Shown here one piece after another: positions 1 through 13,989 of a stretch of DNA of 64,000 bases (position 1 is the stretch's first letter; every line of letters begins with the position of its first letter). A program made the translations under genes and the position numbers. Below the pieces are notes generated by a model. That model worked only from the letters and a program-made list of their open reading frames with translations. It did no database searches and was not told the origin of the DNA. Origin of the DNA: Eledone cirrhosa (lineage: Eukaryota); the NCBI GenBank assembly GCA_964016885.1, contig OZ024745.1, positions 51,460,001 to 51,524,000 on the forward strand. Direction: 5' to 3'.

Positions 1-17
1 CACACACACACACACAC

Positions 18-82
<65 letters not shown>

Positions 83-1124
83 AATATATCTAATTTAATG
101 ATTCAAGATAGAAATCTTTATAATGATAAAGGTATTTATATTGGTGATATTTTATTATCCATTCTATCAATTAAATTGCTTTTACCGAAATTCTACTCAT
201 AATCGTAAATAACCTCTGTACGTTCAATGCAAATTGCATATGTATAAGGCAGTTTATATCTATAACTATCTATAAGCTTTTGTTGAGTAGTAATTGCTGT
301 CTTGGGTATAAATAAAATAGAACTTTACGCAAAAATGTCATATATAACTACTAGTATTCATGTTCTTATTACCATAATCTAATTCCGTATGCGTTTAAAT
401 TTTTATTTACTTTTATTTATATTTCCAAAATCAAAATGCTTTATCGTGATGTTAATATTTATTACAGCTCAATACGATTTTTTTAGGTGATTCGTATCAT
501 AAATTATATTTTAACGATCTATTATTTTAATTTTACAGGATTTTATAATTTATGTCAAAACTGTATATTAGACAATAAACTGTGAAATTAATGATTTAGA
601 TTATGGAGAGGAAGGCGCGCTGAATTGGAAAGCGCCGACGTGATATATTTGAGAATAATAGAGTATGAAATGTAAAGATTGAGAGAAAGGGAAGACGAGA
701 AGCTATCAGCATCATTAATTAATTTAATTGTTTACGGAATAATGCTTATAGTATTTATTTAATCTTTTATTTTAGTTTGACACGAGATATAGTAAAATCA
801 ATACTATAGTAGTATTAATCATTTAGTGCTCAGCTAAATCATATAATGTCATCAACATTTTCAGTGATAATAATCATGGCTCACGATCGGGATGTCTAGC
901 TAAATATTCATCTAAACTTTTCTATGAAGGGCATTTTTTAACATGCTATATATCTGGTATGACCAGAATATAAAATAAAGATATTTCTCATATTTCGTAT
1001 ATTTTATATCTTTCAGAAAGCAATGTTTCATTGCAAATTGTTTTGTAAGAATTACTCAAAAGAGTTCATGAGAAATAACAATTCCTACGCAGTTGGAATC
1101 AACAACGTCGATTTTAACTACTAA

Positions 1125-1155
<31 letters not shown>

Positions 1156-1452
1156 AAAAAAAAAAAAAACCAAAAAAAAACCAAAAAAAAACAAACAAAC
1201 AAACCAAAAAAGAAAACATTTCCGTGTCAAGTATTTCTAAAAGTAGGATTTATGAATGTTTATCTTCAGATATTCTGCTTCACTATGTGACGACTATTTC
1301 TTCAACTTTCTATTAAGCTATGTACAATTGTCTGCAACTGTATCTATCGTTCATCCTTTCCATCAGAATAAAAGAGACCTGTCTAACTAGTTGTTTTGTG
1401 CATACAAATCTATCTATCTATATGTCTGTCTGTCTCTCTCTCTCTCTTTCTC

Positions 1453-1551
<99 letters not shown>

Positions 1552-1585
1552 GCACACACACACACATGTATATCCATATATATAT

Positions 1586-1669
1586 AACGAAGGAATTGTG
1601 GTAAGGAACCTGATGGACCATAACGCACCAGAGTACTCAATACTTAGGGTAGTAGAGTGGGTAATAGTT

Positions 1670-1672
<3 letters not shown>
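1586..1672. mobile_element. Family-A small (TA)n-inserted element, copy lacking the hairpin
   Basis: aacgaaggaattgtggtaagg...gtactcaatacttagggtagtagagtgggtaatag matches the tails at 13185-13266, ~19585-19666 (rc) and ~33941-34021 (rc); flanked by (TA)n. Confidence 0.8.
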
Positions 1673-1701
<29 letters not shown>

Positions 1702-1702
<1 letters not shown>

Positions 1703-1892
1703 GTTATTCCGGGTTGAATCGGAGGTAACCACAGTAAGTAAGGTACTCAATACATAGCAGAGTATAAAAGTTTTAATATAGATGAGATTCTACAGGACTA
1801 GAACTGTTTCATTCATTAGAAATCATCAGCGATTCCTGATGATTTCTAATGAATGAAACAGTTCTAGTCCTGTAGAATCTCATCTATATTAA

Positions 1893-1896
<4 letters not shown>
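1702..1896. mobile_element. Family-D PLE-terminus-derived fold-back element (61-bp inverted arms)
   Basis: 1769-1829 is the exact reverse complement of 1836-1896 with a 6-nt spacer; (TA)n on both sides; diverged relative at 12835-13056. Confidence 0.8.
1831..1879 (+). ncRNA. Type I hammerhead ribozyme
   Basis: gattc-CTGATGA-tttc(taat)gaat-GAAA-cag(ttctagtc)ctg-TA-gaatc: helix I gattc/gaatc, helix III cag/ctg, GUA cleavage triplet; first pair of helix II is a mismatch. Confidence 0.75.
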
Positions 1897-1938
<42 letters not shown>

Positions 1939-2276
1939 AAGAGGTAAACAGAAATAACAACACAATCGGTACAGTATATGGAAGGTATATATTAGGTTAA
2001 CGCTTGATATAGCAGAAAGAGGGAGGCTAGTCCTTCATCAGAAGAAAGAATGAGAAATAAAATAGATTAAGGGGACGGGCGGGATGGAATTGGAAAAAAT
2101 GTCTTTAGATAAAAATAATAGATCCATTCATGTTGACATCTCTTGCAAAACAGATGGTCCTGGCGTTTTGTGTATGATTTGTGTTTTAGAAAAGTGGATG
2201 ATGGCGCGCGTCTACCTGAAATGGATAAAAAAACCGTTTTGTAAAGCGAGTTATACTTGAGCACGTGCGTAAGCAT

Positions 2277-2278
<2 letters not shown>

Positions 2279-2340
<62 letters not shown>

Positions 2341-2344
2341 GTGT

Positions 2345-2385
<41 letters not shown>
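2279..2385. repeat. (TG)n microsatellite within PLE 3' region
   Basis: direct reading. Confidence 0.9.
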
Positions 2386-2387
<2 letters not shown>

Positions 2388-2577
2388 TATATGTCCGTAC
2401 TAAGCTAAGAAGAGATATGTGTGTATATGTGAGTAAAAGAGTGTGTGTGCATGTAAGTACGAAGCTATAGGCAAAGGGAAAGCGATAGGAATCTAGGGGT
2501 ATGATAATGGACGGGGTATTAGAGAAATTGGGGCGGTGAGTTGAGTCCTAGAGGGGAATAGGACTCAAGGCGGTGAA

Positions 2578-4893
2578 TCAGACTGTGTTCAGTCCTGGTG
2601 CGCGAGGCCTGTGATCCATGATAAAAGGACACCCAGGACTGAAACATGTAGGGAAGAATGACCAGGAGAACAGAAATGACGGGCGGCAGGAGTATCCAAA
2701 TCGAGTCGTATGTCCCTCAAATGTTCGGCAAAACGGTCCGCCATACGGCGTCCCGTGTGGAGTCGTGGGACAGGACGAAAAAGGACTGCGAATCAGGAGG
2801 TCGGGGAGGTTGCGGGTGCACTTAAAAACAGTAATGGGTGGGTTTGGAAAAAAGCGAGAAGTGACGGGGTCAGAAGAGAGGATACGGAAGGAACGGAACA
2901 TATATCGCCGGAGTGGTAGGGTGATGGGGTGGTAGGTGAGAGGTAAAGGAACACGGGTGTTGGGAGGGTAGGGGTGAGGTGAGAGGGCTGTGGTGCGGTC
3001 TGTTTCACGGGCGCGGGGGAGAGCAGCTTGGATCAAGGTGGGGGATATCCACGCTGGATGAAGCAGGAAGCCATGCGAAGGGAATGGGTTTCGAAATCGT
3101 CGTCCTGGCTACAGAGTCGACGAACACGGAGGAATTGGATATAGGCTCTGGAGTGTTTGGTGTGGGTTGGATGGGAGGAGGTGAAGTCGAGATAAGATTG
3201 GGACTCTCTTGGTTTAATGTAGATGGAAGTAGAGAGGATGTGGTGAGAGTGATTAATAGATAGAGAGATATCTAGAAAAGAGACAGAAGAATCGGAAACC
3301 GAGGTGAAGAAATTGAGAGCAGGAAGGAAAGATTGGACAAAAGAAAGAAAACAGTCGAGCTGTTCTCGTGATAGAGAGGGGCGCCGATACAGTCGTCTAT
3401 ATAACGACCGTATAGCTCAGGAGTTGGTCCAGAGTACTGGGAGAAGATCTGAGCTTCGACGTAGCCAACAAACAAGTTGGCATAGTTTGGACCCATTATG
3501 GTTCCCATCGCTACCCCCAGAGACATGCTGGTAAAATTCACCCGAAAAAGAAAATCCATTAAGAGTGAGAACAAGCTCAGCCAGACGGAGAAGAGTGATA
3601 GTGCTGGGGTAAGGGTAGGGCGTAAATCTAAAAAATACTGGAGATCGCGGAGGCCGTCATCATGAGGGATGACGGTATAGAGAGAAGTGATGTCCAGTGT
3701 AAAGAGAAGGCGGGAGGGACCAGGAGGGAAGGAGAAAGAGTTGAAAAGTCTAAGGGGATGATTTGTATCGTGGATGTGTGAGGGGAGATCGCCGACCAAC
3801 GGGGCGAGGATGGTGTCTAAATATTGAGAAATTATCTCGGTGGGGCAGTTGCACGCAGAAACGATAAGACGGCCAGGATTATTTTGTTTGTGTATTTTGA
3901 GGAGGAAGTAGATGGTGGGTGTGAGAGGGGTGCGTACAATAAGGTTGGTGGATGTGGGGTGTAGGTGAGAGGAGGAGATGAGCTCGTGGATGGTGGAGGA
4001 CACGAGTTGTTGGTAGCCAGGAGTGGGATCAGAGGATAAAGGGTGGTAAAAAAGGTTATTGTGAATCTGGCGGAGAGCCTCAGCCCTATAGAGGTCAGCG
4101 CTCCAAACCACCACAGCGCCACCTTTGTCAGCGGGTTTGATGACAATGTCATCGCGACACCGAAGGTTGCGAAGAGCAGAGAGCTCAGTTCGCGTGATGT
4201 TAGAGAGACGAGAATGCTGGTGGAAACGGAACCGATTCACAGTACGCCGGCAAGATCGACAAAGGAGTCGAGGGTGCTAAACTGGCCAGAGCTCGGCGTC
4301 CAATGTGATTGCCGGTGACTGAGACGAGCGAAGTCATCCGTCTGTGTCAATGATGGCGTGTCGTGAAAAAAAGCTTTCAGCTTTAATCGACGGAAGAACC
4401 CTTCAATCTCGGCACGTGTGCAGAACACGTCGCAGGTAGATGTGGTTGGTATAAAACGCAAACCCTGAGCGAAGAGGGAGCGCTCAGCTTCGGAGAGTGG
4501 TAGGTCCTGGGGTATGGCAACTCCAGTGCAGGGACGTGAGGGAGTGAAAGAGGCGGAAGCGGAGGGGTCAAGGTAGTTGGGCAAAGCGTGTGCAGATATA
4601 GTGGTAGGTGACGGGATAGAGGGGTTAGGGTTGGAGGTGATATGAGTATGGGTGGTGACAGCAGGCGGCTAGTGGAGAGAGTCGAGTTTATGGTTTTTTG
4701 CGGAAGTGAGGAAATTGAAAAGGAGGCGATTGAGGTAAAGGATGAATTGGATAAGGGATTGGGCGAGGAAAGGGTGGCAAGTGGAGGAGAGATGGACGTA
4801 GGCCTTGGGGAGATCTCGGCCGAGAGAACGGATTTGGGCGAGAGTTGATCGAATGGTTGCTCGCATGAGCTGGCGAGAGGAGCGGGTAAGCAT
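2578..4893 (-). pseudogene. PLE reverse transcriptase (frameshifted; endonuclease region eroded)
   Basis: Motifs IVIKPADKGGAVVVW, KIHKQNNPGRLIVS, LDITSLYTVIPH, GVAMGTIMGPNYANLFVG, YGRYIDD, GLRFIPT, FFRRLKLKAFF and RNLPDLLIRS, spread over several frames. Confidence 0.9.
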
Positions 4894-7800
4894 GGGCTCA
4901 GTGGTGGGAGCAGAGTAAGAGGTGGTGTGAAACTTGAGGTGGAAACCGCGGGGAATGAGGTAGTGGTGGAGACGACGACTTAAAAATGTGATGTGACTGT
5001 TGTATTGTGTTTTGGTGAAGATGAGGTTGGAGAGATGCAGGGAGGATTGGATGCATATAGCGAGAAAAGGCTAGAGGAAGCGCTTGAGTGTAGAATGGAG
5101 CTGGCGGAGAAAAGATTTGAGATTGGGCATATTGAAGGTACTAGGGTGGGAGTGAAACATAGACGGCTGAGAAGAATGTAGTAGAGGAAAAGTGGTAGAG
5201 AGTCGTGGAATATTTAAATGCAAGAAGCAAAGAAAATTTCAAAGATACGAAAGACTTCTGGTGGAAGTTCAAGTGTACTCCGGGCTGGTACCCAGTCTCG
5301 AGGTGAAAGTCCAATCAGAAAATCCAACGAATTTTGAGAGGTCCACGTAAGCGTTGATATATATATATATGTATGTAAAAGGTAAACAGAAATAACAACA
5401 CAATCGGTACAGTATATGGAAGGTTTATATTAGGTTAACACTTGATATATCTGTGTGTGTGTTTGTGTGTAAATCTTATGAATTAATGAATTACACTATG
5501 ATTTGAAAATGCATTTGTGATAATAGTCGATTGCTAAAGATAACATCATATAAATTTGGAGAAATTACCCTTAGTAATGAACGTGCTACTTGCTGATTTA
5601 TCCCGTCTGCATGACATATATATATATGTATGTGTGTGTGCGTGTGTGCGTGTGTGCGTGTGTACGTGCGTGTGTGTAAAAAATATAGTGACAAATTAGT
5701 TGATGTCCTATATTTTATATATTTTAACTAAAATGCTGAATTGTGAATGTCTTTCAATGAGAAGGCAGCCTGTTATCCAATATGAACTACAGTGTGTTAT
5801 CCATTCTGTCAACTATATAATAAACGTATGTATAAAAGTACTGGAAAATCGACTTTGCATACAATTTAATATTTAAGTGTATAATAAACTAACTTAATGT
5901 TGAAATGAATAAAATGTGTTTTTATTATTTCTTACAAACCAAAACACCTACCAACACTTGCCAAGCAAAATTAATAAAATGTGAATTAATGAGGGACAAA
6001 CGAAAAGTAATAAAATGTATATTATTTTGCAATGTCAATAAATTCCAAGTGCCCTTATTGTAACTAAGCAACAAATTGATTTCATTAAGAATAATTGTCC
6101 TTCAATGCTTTAGTCAATAGAAATTAAAACGGTTTGCAGATAGTAGTTATAAGTAATGGAATACTCACGGGATCATAGATTCCGTATGTAGTTTATACCT
6201 CAGTAATTTAGCTGAAGATATGAAAGCATTGTTTAAATGCAATAAAGCCAGGAATTGATTATTGTTCGGTAATTTTATAGCAGTTTGTCGCATTCATTTT
6301 CTTTTTATGTCTTTCCGAATTTGCGGTATTTAGTTTCTGCTATTTAAATTCTAAGAACAATTCACACCGAGTTCAACATTGCTTTTTGTCATTTCTTAAA
6401 TTACCAAATAATTACCAATAGTGAGAATAAGGTCCATACAATCAATTACAGGATGATATAGGTTAATTGGTAATGGATGTGTACGCAAATCAAACGTCCA
6501 CATATGAAATAATCCACAACATGAGTTTTCTGTGATTGCGTTTTCAGTTGTATAAATGTAGTATATTCACATATATATGTCTACACACACACACACACAC
6601 ACACATACACATACACACAAAGACACACACACATATATATATAATTTTAATTTATGTGAAAAATCAAAGATAACTCTTCAATTAAATTTATTTTCTTCTT
6701 CGTTCAATTCAATTTTAACGAAATACAATTGCGAAACTATAGAAATAATGATTTGCAGATTAATCAATGAATCTGCCACATCAATAAAACATACAATGAC
6801 ATAACTTACAAATTTCACCAGGAAATCGATATACGATTTGGAGAGTCCTTGTCCCCAAAAAACATCTAGATATGGTACAAATATTATGTGCTCGGTTCGC
6901 ATTTCGTGTCTTGTTCACCGGTGTCATTTCTAACTCGTAGTAATCATTCACTTTCTGATACAGACCTCTCTGGTTTTCTTATAATCAGTTATTTCACAAA
7001 CATTTATTCCAATATAACAACGACATAAGTTATGTTTCCACTCACACTATATCTCCAATCTCCATTGTGATATTGAACTTTAGTAATGGATTTGATCCTT
7101 CCATTAGTTGGAGACCTGTTAGGGTGACATAGTTCAAAGTTGTATACAATTTCCCGGTCTACAATAGATGCAGTGTTCAATTTTCCGTCATGTTTCTGCA
7201 CATCTTTCTGGGTTCCATTATCCAGCATAATATTTCTACTGGGAATCAATATCCTAAAGAATATCTAGCCGCTACAGTGTGTTAATAAATAACATTTGTA
7301 TCTAAAGTATGAATGAAATTATTTTCATTGCACGGCACATTAAGTCATTCTGAAATTGCAAAGCTCCGTAAAATAACTTATGTATAGAAATTATTGAACC
7401 AAAATTAATAGAAAACAAGATGAAAAGAGAGGAAAATAATTCGGTCAAGAAAATAGTTCAAACGACATTAAGATTTGCAAGCAATGAATTGTAGTATATA
7501 ATTGACCAGTTTGGCACAAAAGAACAATGAAAATAAATCTATATTTTGCTTCTGAAATTAGTAGCTCAAAAACGCAAGAAAAGGTAGTATTTCTTTCAAA
7601 GAAATTGATATTTTATATTATACTTGACTGCATGTAACAAAGAAATGATAATATTAGAACTAAAATATATTAAATAGCATTCAAGATTATTTCAGTTACG
7701 TCTGTCCTTGAAGTCCTTATGAAATGAATACATATAAAACAGACGAAACAACATGCTTCCACTTGGCATAAAACAAAATAACGAAACCCGAAGATGGAAC

Positions 7801-9019
7801 AATTAATTAGCTTACGAAATAGTAGTCCAAGAATAGGTATATCGAACGAACAAATTATGCTGATTGCAACTGATTAGTACTTAGTATATTAAGAGGTCCA
7901 ATTGTAAGAAACTAAAGTTATAGAAACACAAATCATGAACATACATATAAAGACGGCTATAAAAGATCTAATATTATGTAGGCAAGTTCGAATTTCGGAT
8001 GTTATCCAGATTGCTGGAATGACGGCCAAGAATGAAACCCGTATAATTCAATAACTTAGAAAGCAGCCAATATCAGCCCATATGAAAGGCAAAATAAAGG
8101 GAGATAAAATGTATTTGTACTGGAATTTAGATCGGGTAATTCTAAATGGCTAGAAGGAATTTTAGTAACATACACAGACATATATGCTCGAGTGTGCATA
8201 AACACACAAGTTTATACACACACACACACACGCACACACACATACACACACACACTCACACACACACATATATATCTATATCTATATATATATATATATA
8301 TGTGAGCGCATATGGTATGAATGTAAAAGTGTATGTAAAGATGTAAAGACATTTCAAACAATCTCCTACTTAATTCGCTTTCGGAACTAATGGGACTGTA
8401 ATGTTTTGACGCGTTTGAAGCATTTTCGTTTTTTTAATAACATCCTCAGATATGACAGAACAGCAATTATCACCAGGTTCAGGTGATAAACGTGTAGCTG
8501 GATAGAAACATGAAATAATGCAACTGAGATGCTATATTCTTAAAAAACACATCTATGTGAAAGCTTCTCGAAGAGAAGTTAAATTATACAAAATAAATGA
8601 AAATAGTATCATATTTCAAAAATACATTGATTGGTCAACGGCATTTGAAATTTACTTTCTAGTGTATTTCTTTTGTCAGTTTTATGATGCGTGCGCATGT
8701 GTGTGTGTGTCTCCGCGTGAGTCTTACATGATTTGGCTAGTGAATACATTCGTAACATATCTTTAGTCATATGACGCTTATGCAACAATAAATGTGAAGT
8801 GATTAAATGTCATTTTTCTATCGATAAGCTTTTCATTTCTAATGAATAAAATTAAATTCATGACAAGCAGAAAATCGCTTGGAATCAATAGCTATAGTTT
8901 ACGGTCTTGTTTCTATAATCACATACCTCCCTTAGATTAAACATTACTGATAAGAATTTGAATAACATGAACCGAACACAAATATATGAAAATCAAAACG
9001 TCCTCCAAGAAAACCAATG

Positions 9020-9380
9020 TGGTCATTATGTTTGATACCGAACATCAATACGCATCTAGTGAGACCATAAAATGAAACACACTATTTAGTGGATTCGTCT
9101 ATTGTTGTTAATGTTATTAACTTCATTCCGGCTATGACGAAACAAACATATAATCAAATATATTCCAGCGAAGGCGTACATTACATCTAGATGAATATTC
9201 TCGAATGTAAGGTTCAATATTTAATATAGCAGAGACGATTTTGGTAACTCTTCATACATTATGAGTATAAAAAACTTCGCAATAACCATTCTGATCTACA
9301 ACCAGTTACGTAACATTTCGGGAATATGCAGCTCTTCTCTGGATTTGACTTGCTCATCAAATGCAACGAAGATCAATATC
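9020..9380 (-). pseudogene. Possible decayed LRR-protein remnant
   Basis: Hand translation gives RNVT*LVVDQN, YAFAGI and FYGLTRCVL, resembling LRR consensus; stops and frameshifts present. Confidence 0.25.
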
Positions 9381-9639
9381 AATATACGCATATCTCTGTG
9401 TATAGCATCAAATCAGCATTTGTACAAGAGATAGACCATTCCTACATGACTTGCCGTGATGTAGGAAGGGGTCTATCTGGTTGAGACGACACGCAGCAAG
9501 AGACATAAGAATGGATGGTTATAGAATGTGCAGCAATATTTTCGCTGAGCAGCGTGGTTACAATATAGCTAACTTTCTCCCTCACACACACAGACACACA
9601 CACACATACATACATTCATACAAACACACAAACACGCAC

Positions 9640-9752
<113 letters not shown>

Positions 9753-10284
9753 TATGTATATATAACACAAGCGCAACGCAAAATGCCTAGCTATTAAGGC
9801 AATGTAAACAGAAAATTTCTTTTGTACTTACTGTAAATGCTTAAAACGTTGACAACATATCCTCATAAACATGTGTAAATTAATGCACATCAATACCAGA
9901 TTTTTTAGAAAAAAAAAAAAAAAAATTGCGACATCCTTTTATTTTCACAACTTTCCTTTCCTCTTCAACCATATCATGCCCATGTATATTACATCGCATC
10001 GCTTACAATAAACTAAATAACTAAACAAAGTTACTCTGTTGAGTGGCTAATTTTCCTAATACTACGAAAAGCAAACCAAAAACCAGGAACGAAAACATAT
10101 GAAAGAAACTCTAGTATACTTACGAATCAATAGAGCGAAACATCGACAATAGATATTTCATGCGAATAGATTATATATCGACGGAAATGATATTCCCTAT
10201 CAGAGTAATGACGTCGGGGAGTTTCATTAGCACAATATTGCTTCAAACACGACACCTGCTACGATGCTGCAGTGTACAGAACTC

Positions 10285-10368
<84 letters not shown>

Positions 10369-11070
10369 GGAAAATTTGAACAGGAACAAAACAGAGAGGC
10401 AGTACAACGAATGTTTATTGTGTGTGTTGAGTGTGTGTGGATGTATGTATATAAAATCATACATGCAGTAATAGACATTTCTTTGTGTATACACAGGCAC
10501 GAATACCGGTATACACACATATACACCTACATAAACATACTTATACACCCACACATATACATATATATATGAATATACTTGCATACATTGTTACACATAT
10601 ATGTATGTATGTGTAAAATAAATTTGGGAATATTGGTACAAAGGGAATATTTCCTATATAAATGATAGTACATCAGACATGTTTGTATAGCTATCAGACC
10701 AAACGCTTTTACTCAAAGTAAAAATAAAAAAAAAAATAAGGTTAGGTTTTGATACGTAGAAAATTGTTTTTTGTTAATGGTTTGTCATTTGTTTTATTGC
10801 TAGTCTTTCCACGTGTCTGTTAATTCGTTTGAGCCTGAAAACACGGAAGAGTGAATTAAAATAACCAATAACAGCATATTAAGAGATGCGTTTAATACAG
10901 CAGCTCTACTAAAGCGAGACTTTTGCCCTTAACATTCATTTATATAGATATTACTTTGTTAACGTCAATACTGCACACACATTTTTACCGGAACATACAC
11001 AATAAAGTATATTTACATCAGAGGCACAAAGACATATTGTCGGACGCACACACACACACACAACAAATCC

Positions 11071-11155
<85 letters not shown>

Positions 11156-11196
11156 CATGCCCACAAAGACACACACTCGCACACATAAAACCCCCC

Positions 11197-11240
<44 letters not shown>

Positions 11241-11405
11241 TGGGATCGTCTGTCATGACAATAACACTGAATTGGTAGGCTGTCCCTGAATTGAATCGTT
11301 CCTCTATTTTCTGCTCTCTGATTGTGTTCAATGTAATCCTGTTGTACTATTACTGAAATAATTCTGCAAATTTCCAGTTCAGACTTCCGTTTTCGTTTTA
11401 ACATG

Positions 11406-11439
<34 letters not shown>

Positions 11440-12200
11440 ATGTATAAACTTTGAAAGAATGTTTTAAGTTTTAAGAATTTTTTAGATTTTGAAGAAAAAA
11501 TGTTTTTAATTTCCCACCACACAGGGACCTGTGACTGACAGGCTGAAAAACACACACATCACAACCACCCACACATATATATATATTGTTATATATACAG
11601 CAACACACTATACACACACTTCCTAAAAGCATATTCCAATAATAGCATTTCTTTTACAACCCTTCTGCTTCCACAGAATTTATCTCCATTTGAACTCTTG
11701 ACCACTCAATTAACACAATCAGATATACACACATATATTTACAGAATATTTTCTTTGCCCCCGAAAAAACAATTTTGTTTTGTGAAGAAATACACTACTG
11801 CTACTATCATGCCTACACAAGAATTCATTCTCCAGTCCATTTATGAGCATGGAAGATGGGGGAAATATTTACTCCAACACTTAATTTTAAATCTTTAATT
11901 TTTAGTTTTTAATTCCTAATAATTCTTTTTAATTGTAATATTCAACATTTGATAAGATGTATTTTAATAATACATCGAAACCGGTAATACTTTATATACT
12001 ATATATACATTATAAAACTGTTTTTAAAAGAATTGTCTCGCTCATTTTTTTCATTAATTTCATGTTTTCAATAATGTCACTTTGATGAAAAAAAGAAAAG
12101 AAAAACAGACCCTAAAATATATTTTCCGTCCTATTTCCAACTTCACCCTTTCTCTATATCCACTGTTTTGTATAGAAACTTACTTCCCTTTTCTTATATA
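11440..12200 (+). mobile_element. Decayed PLE 3' fragment between (TA)n tracts
   Basis: Contains HHR at 11947-11988 followed by an AT-rich tail; microsatellite flanks. Confidence 0.5.
11947..11988 (+). ncRNA. Minimal hammerhead ribozyme, U3-A8 core variant
   Basis: TTGATAA-gatgtatt(ttaat)aatacatc-GAAA-ccgg-TA: perfect 8-bp helix II, palindromic ACCGGT helix III; helix I eroded to 2 bp. Confidence 0.65.
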
Positions 12201-12205
12201 ATATA

Positions 12206-12271
<66 letters not shown>

Positions 12272-12282
12272 TATATATATAT

Positions 12283-12830
12283 GGAAAAAATGAAATTTCA
12301 TTTCTCACTCTTAGTACGAACATTTATTATAATATTCGGTTTGTTTTAAACAAACAGCCTGAATTAAGCCGTGTTCGGCAACCGTCGTTGCCTTTTTGTT
12401 CAACACTGACAAAGGAACAATGAACTGGTTTCTAGCTTATTAGCTGTCATCAGTACCGTATACCTCCCTGTCAGTCGATTGAACGTTTGAAAGTATATAC
12501 TTTCCTTATGCATATTAACGGCTGACCAGCCTAATTTGCATATCGAGTGAGTTAATCGGCCGGGCGTATCGAAAACGATAAATGGAAAAAATAAAATTTC
12601 ATTTCTCACTCTTAGTACGGCTGATACTTATTTATCGTATTCGGTACGCCGAATACTGTACGGCTTAATTCTGGTTGCTTGTTTACAAACAAACCGAACA
12701 TTATAATAAATGTTCGGTAAACCCATACATACATATATATATGTGTGCATGTATGTATATACATACTACTGTACGTCTGTATACATATATGTATGTACGT
12801 ATACATACTTATATTTACATATATATATAT
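12283..12830 (-). mobile_element. Family-B HHR repeat, diverged copy (301-bp unit plus inverted segment)
   Basis: ggaaaaaa..aatttcatttctcactcttagtacg repeated at 12283 and 12584; homologous to the 466-bp array; degenerate HHR at 12416-12460 (-); inverted segment from ~12655. Confidence 0.8.
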
Positions 12831-12834
12831 ATAT

Positions 12835-13472
<638 letters not shown>

Positions 13473-13558
13473 CACAGATGTATATACATACACCGATATA
13501 TATATATATATATATAAAATATGGGGAGAAAGAGGAAAACTGCGTGGTTGCACATGGG

Positions 13559-13600
<42 letters not shown>

Positions 13601-13693
13601 TTGTTAAACAATATTCTGTCAAACAATGCGTTTTACAGTAGATTGGAAGCACTCAACGGCAAAAAATAATTTTCAGGAGTTATTAATATTAAA

Positions 13694-13965
13694 ATTAATA
13701 AAATAGATGTTCTTTTGATCAATTACATTTTATTATACATATTTCGGATGTACGACAGTACGTCCCCATCAGACAAAATATAATGATACATAACATACCC
13801 TGAGATGTTAAATGGTTAAGATACTACCTTGATTAAATCTTAACCATTTAACATCTCAGGGTATGTCATGTATCATTATATTTTGTCTGATGAGGACGTA
13901 CTGTCGTACATCGGAAATATGTATAATAAAATGTAATTGATCAAAAGAATATCTATTTTATTAAT
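13694..13965. repeat. 129-bp inverted repeat (inverted PLE pseudo-LTR, family C) carrying an HHR
   Basis: 13694-13822 is the reverse complement of 13837-13965 with few mismatches; 14-nt spacer. Confidence 0.9.
13880..13932 (+). ncRNA. Type I hammerhead ribozyme (mirror copy on - strand at ~13727-13779)
   Basis: attttgt-CTGATGA-ggacgtac(tgtc)gtacatcg-GAAA-tatgta-TA-ataaaat; helix I attttgt/ataaaat; the mirror arm has ...catccGAAA but core CTGATGG. Confidence 0.7.
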
Positions 13966-13989
13966 ACTTATATTTATATATATATGTCT

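Larger units (their letters stand above)
1938..5449 (-). mobile_element. Penelope-like retroelement (Poseidon/Neptune-type), degraded, with direct terminal repeats (pseudo-LTR)
   Basis: 74-bp direct repeats at 1938-2011 and 5376-5449; RT-coding remnants between them; flanked by TA/TG microsatellites. Confidence 0.9.

Noticed and set aside
1125-1215. Poly-C/poly-A run ORF (PPPPKKKK)
   Set aside because: Homopolymer low-complexity tract
2012-2045. HHR in the 3' end of the minus-strand PLE (CTGATGAaggactag)
   Set aside because: No downstream GAAA or helix III; appears deleted
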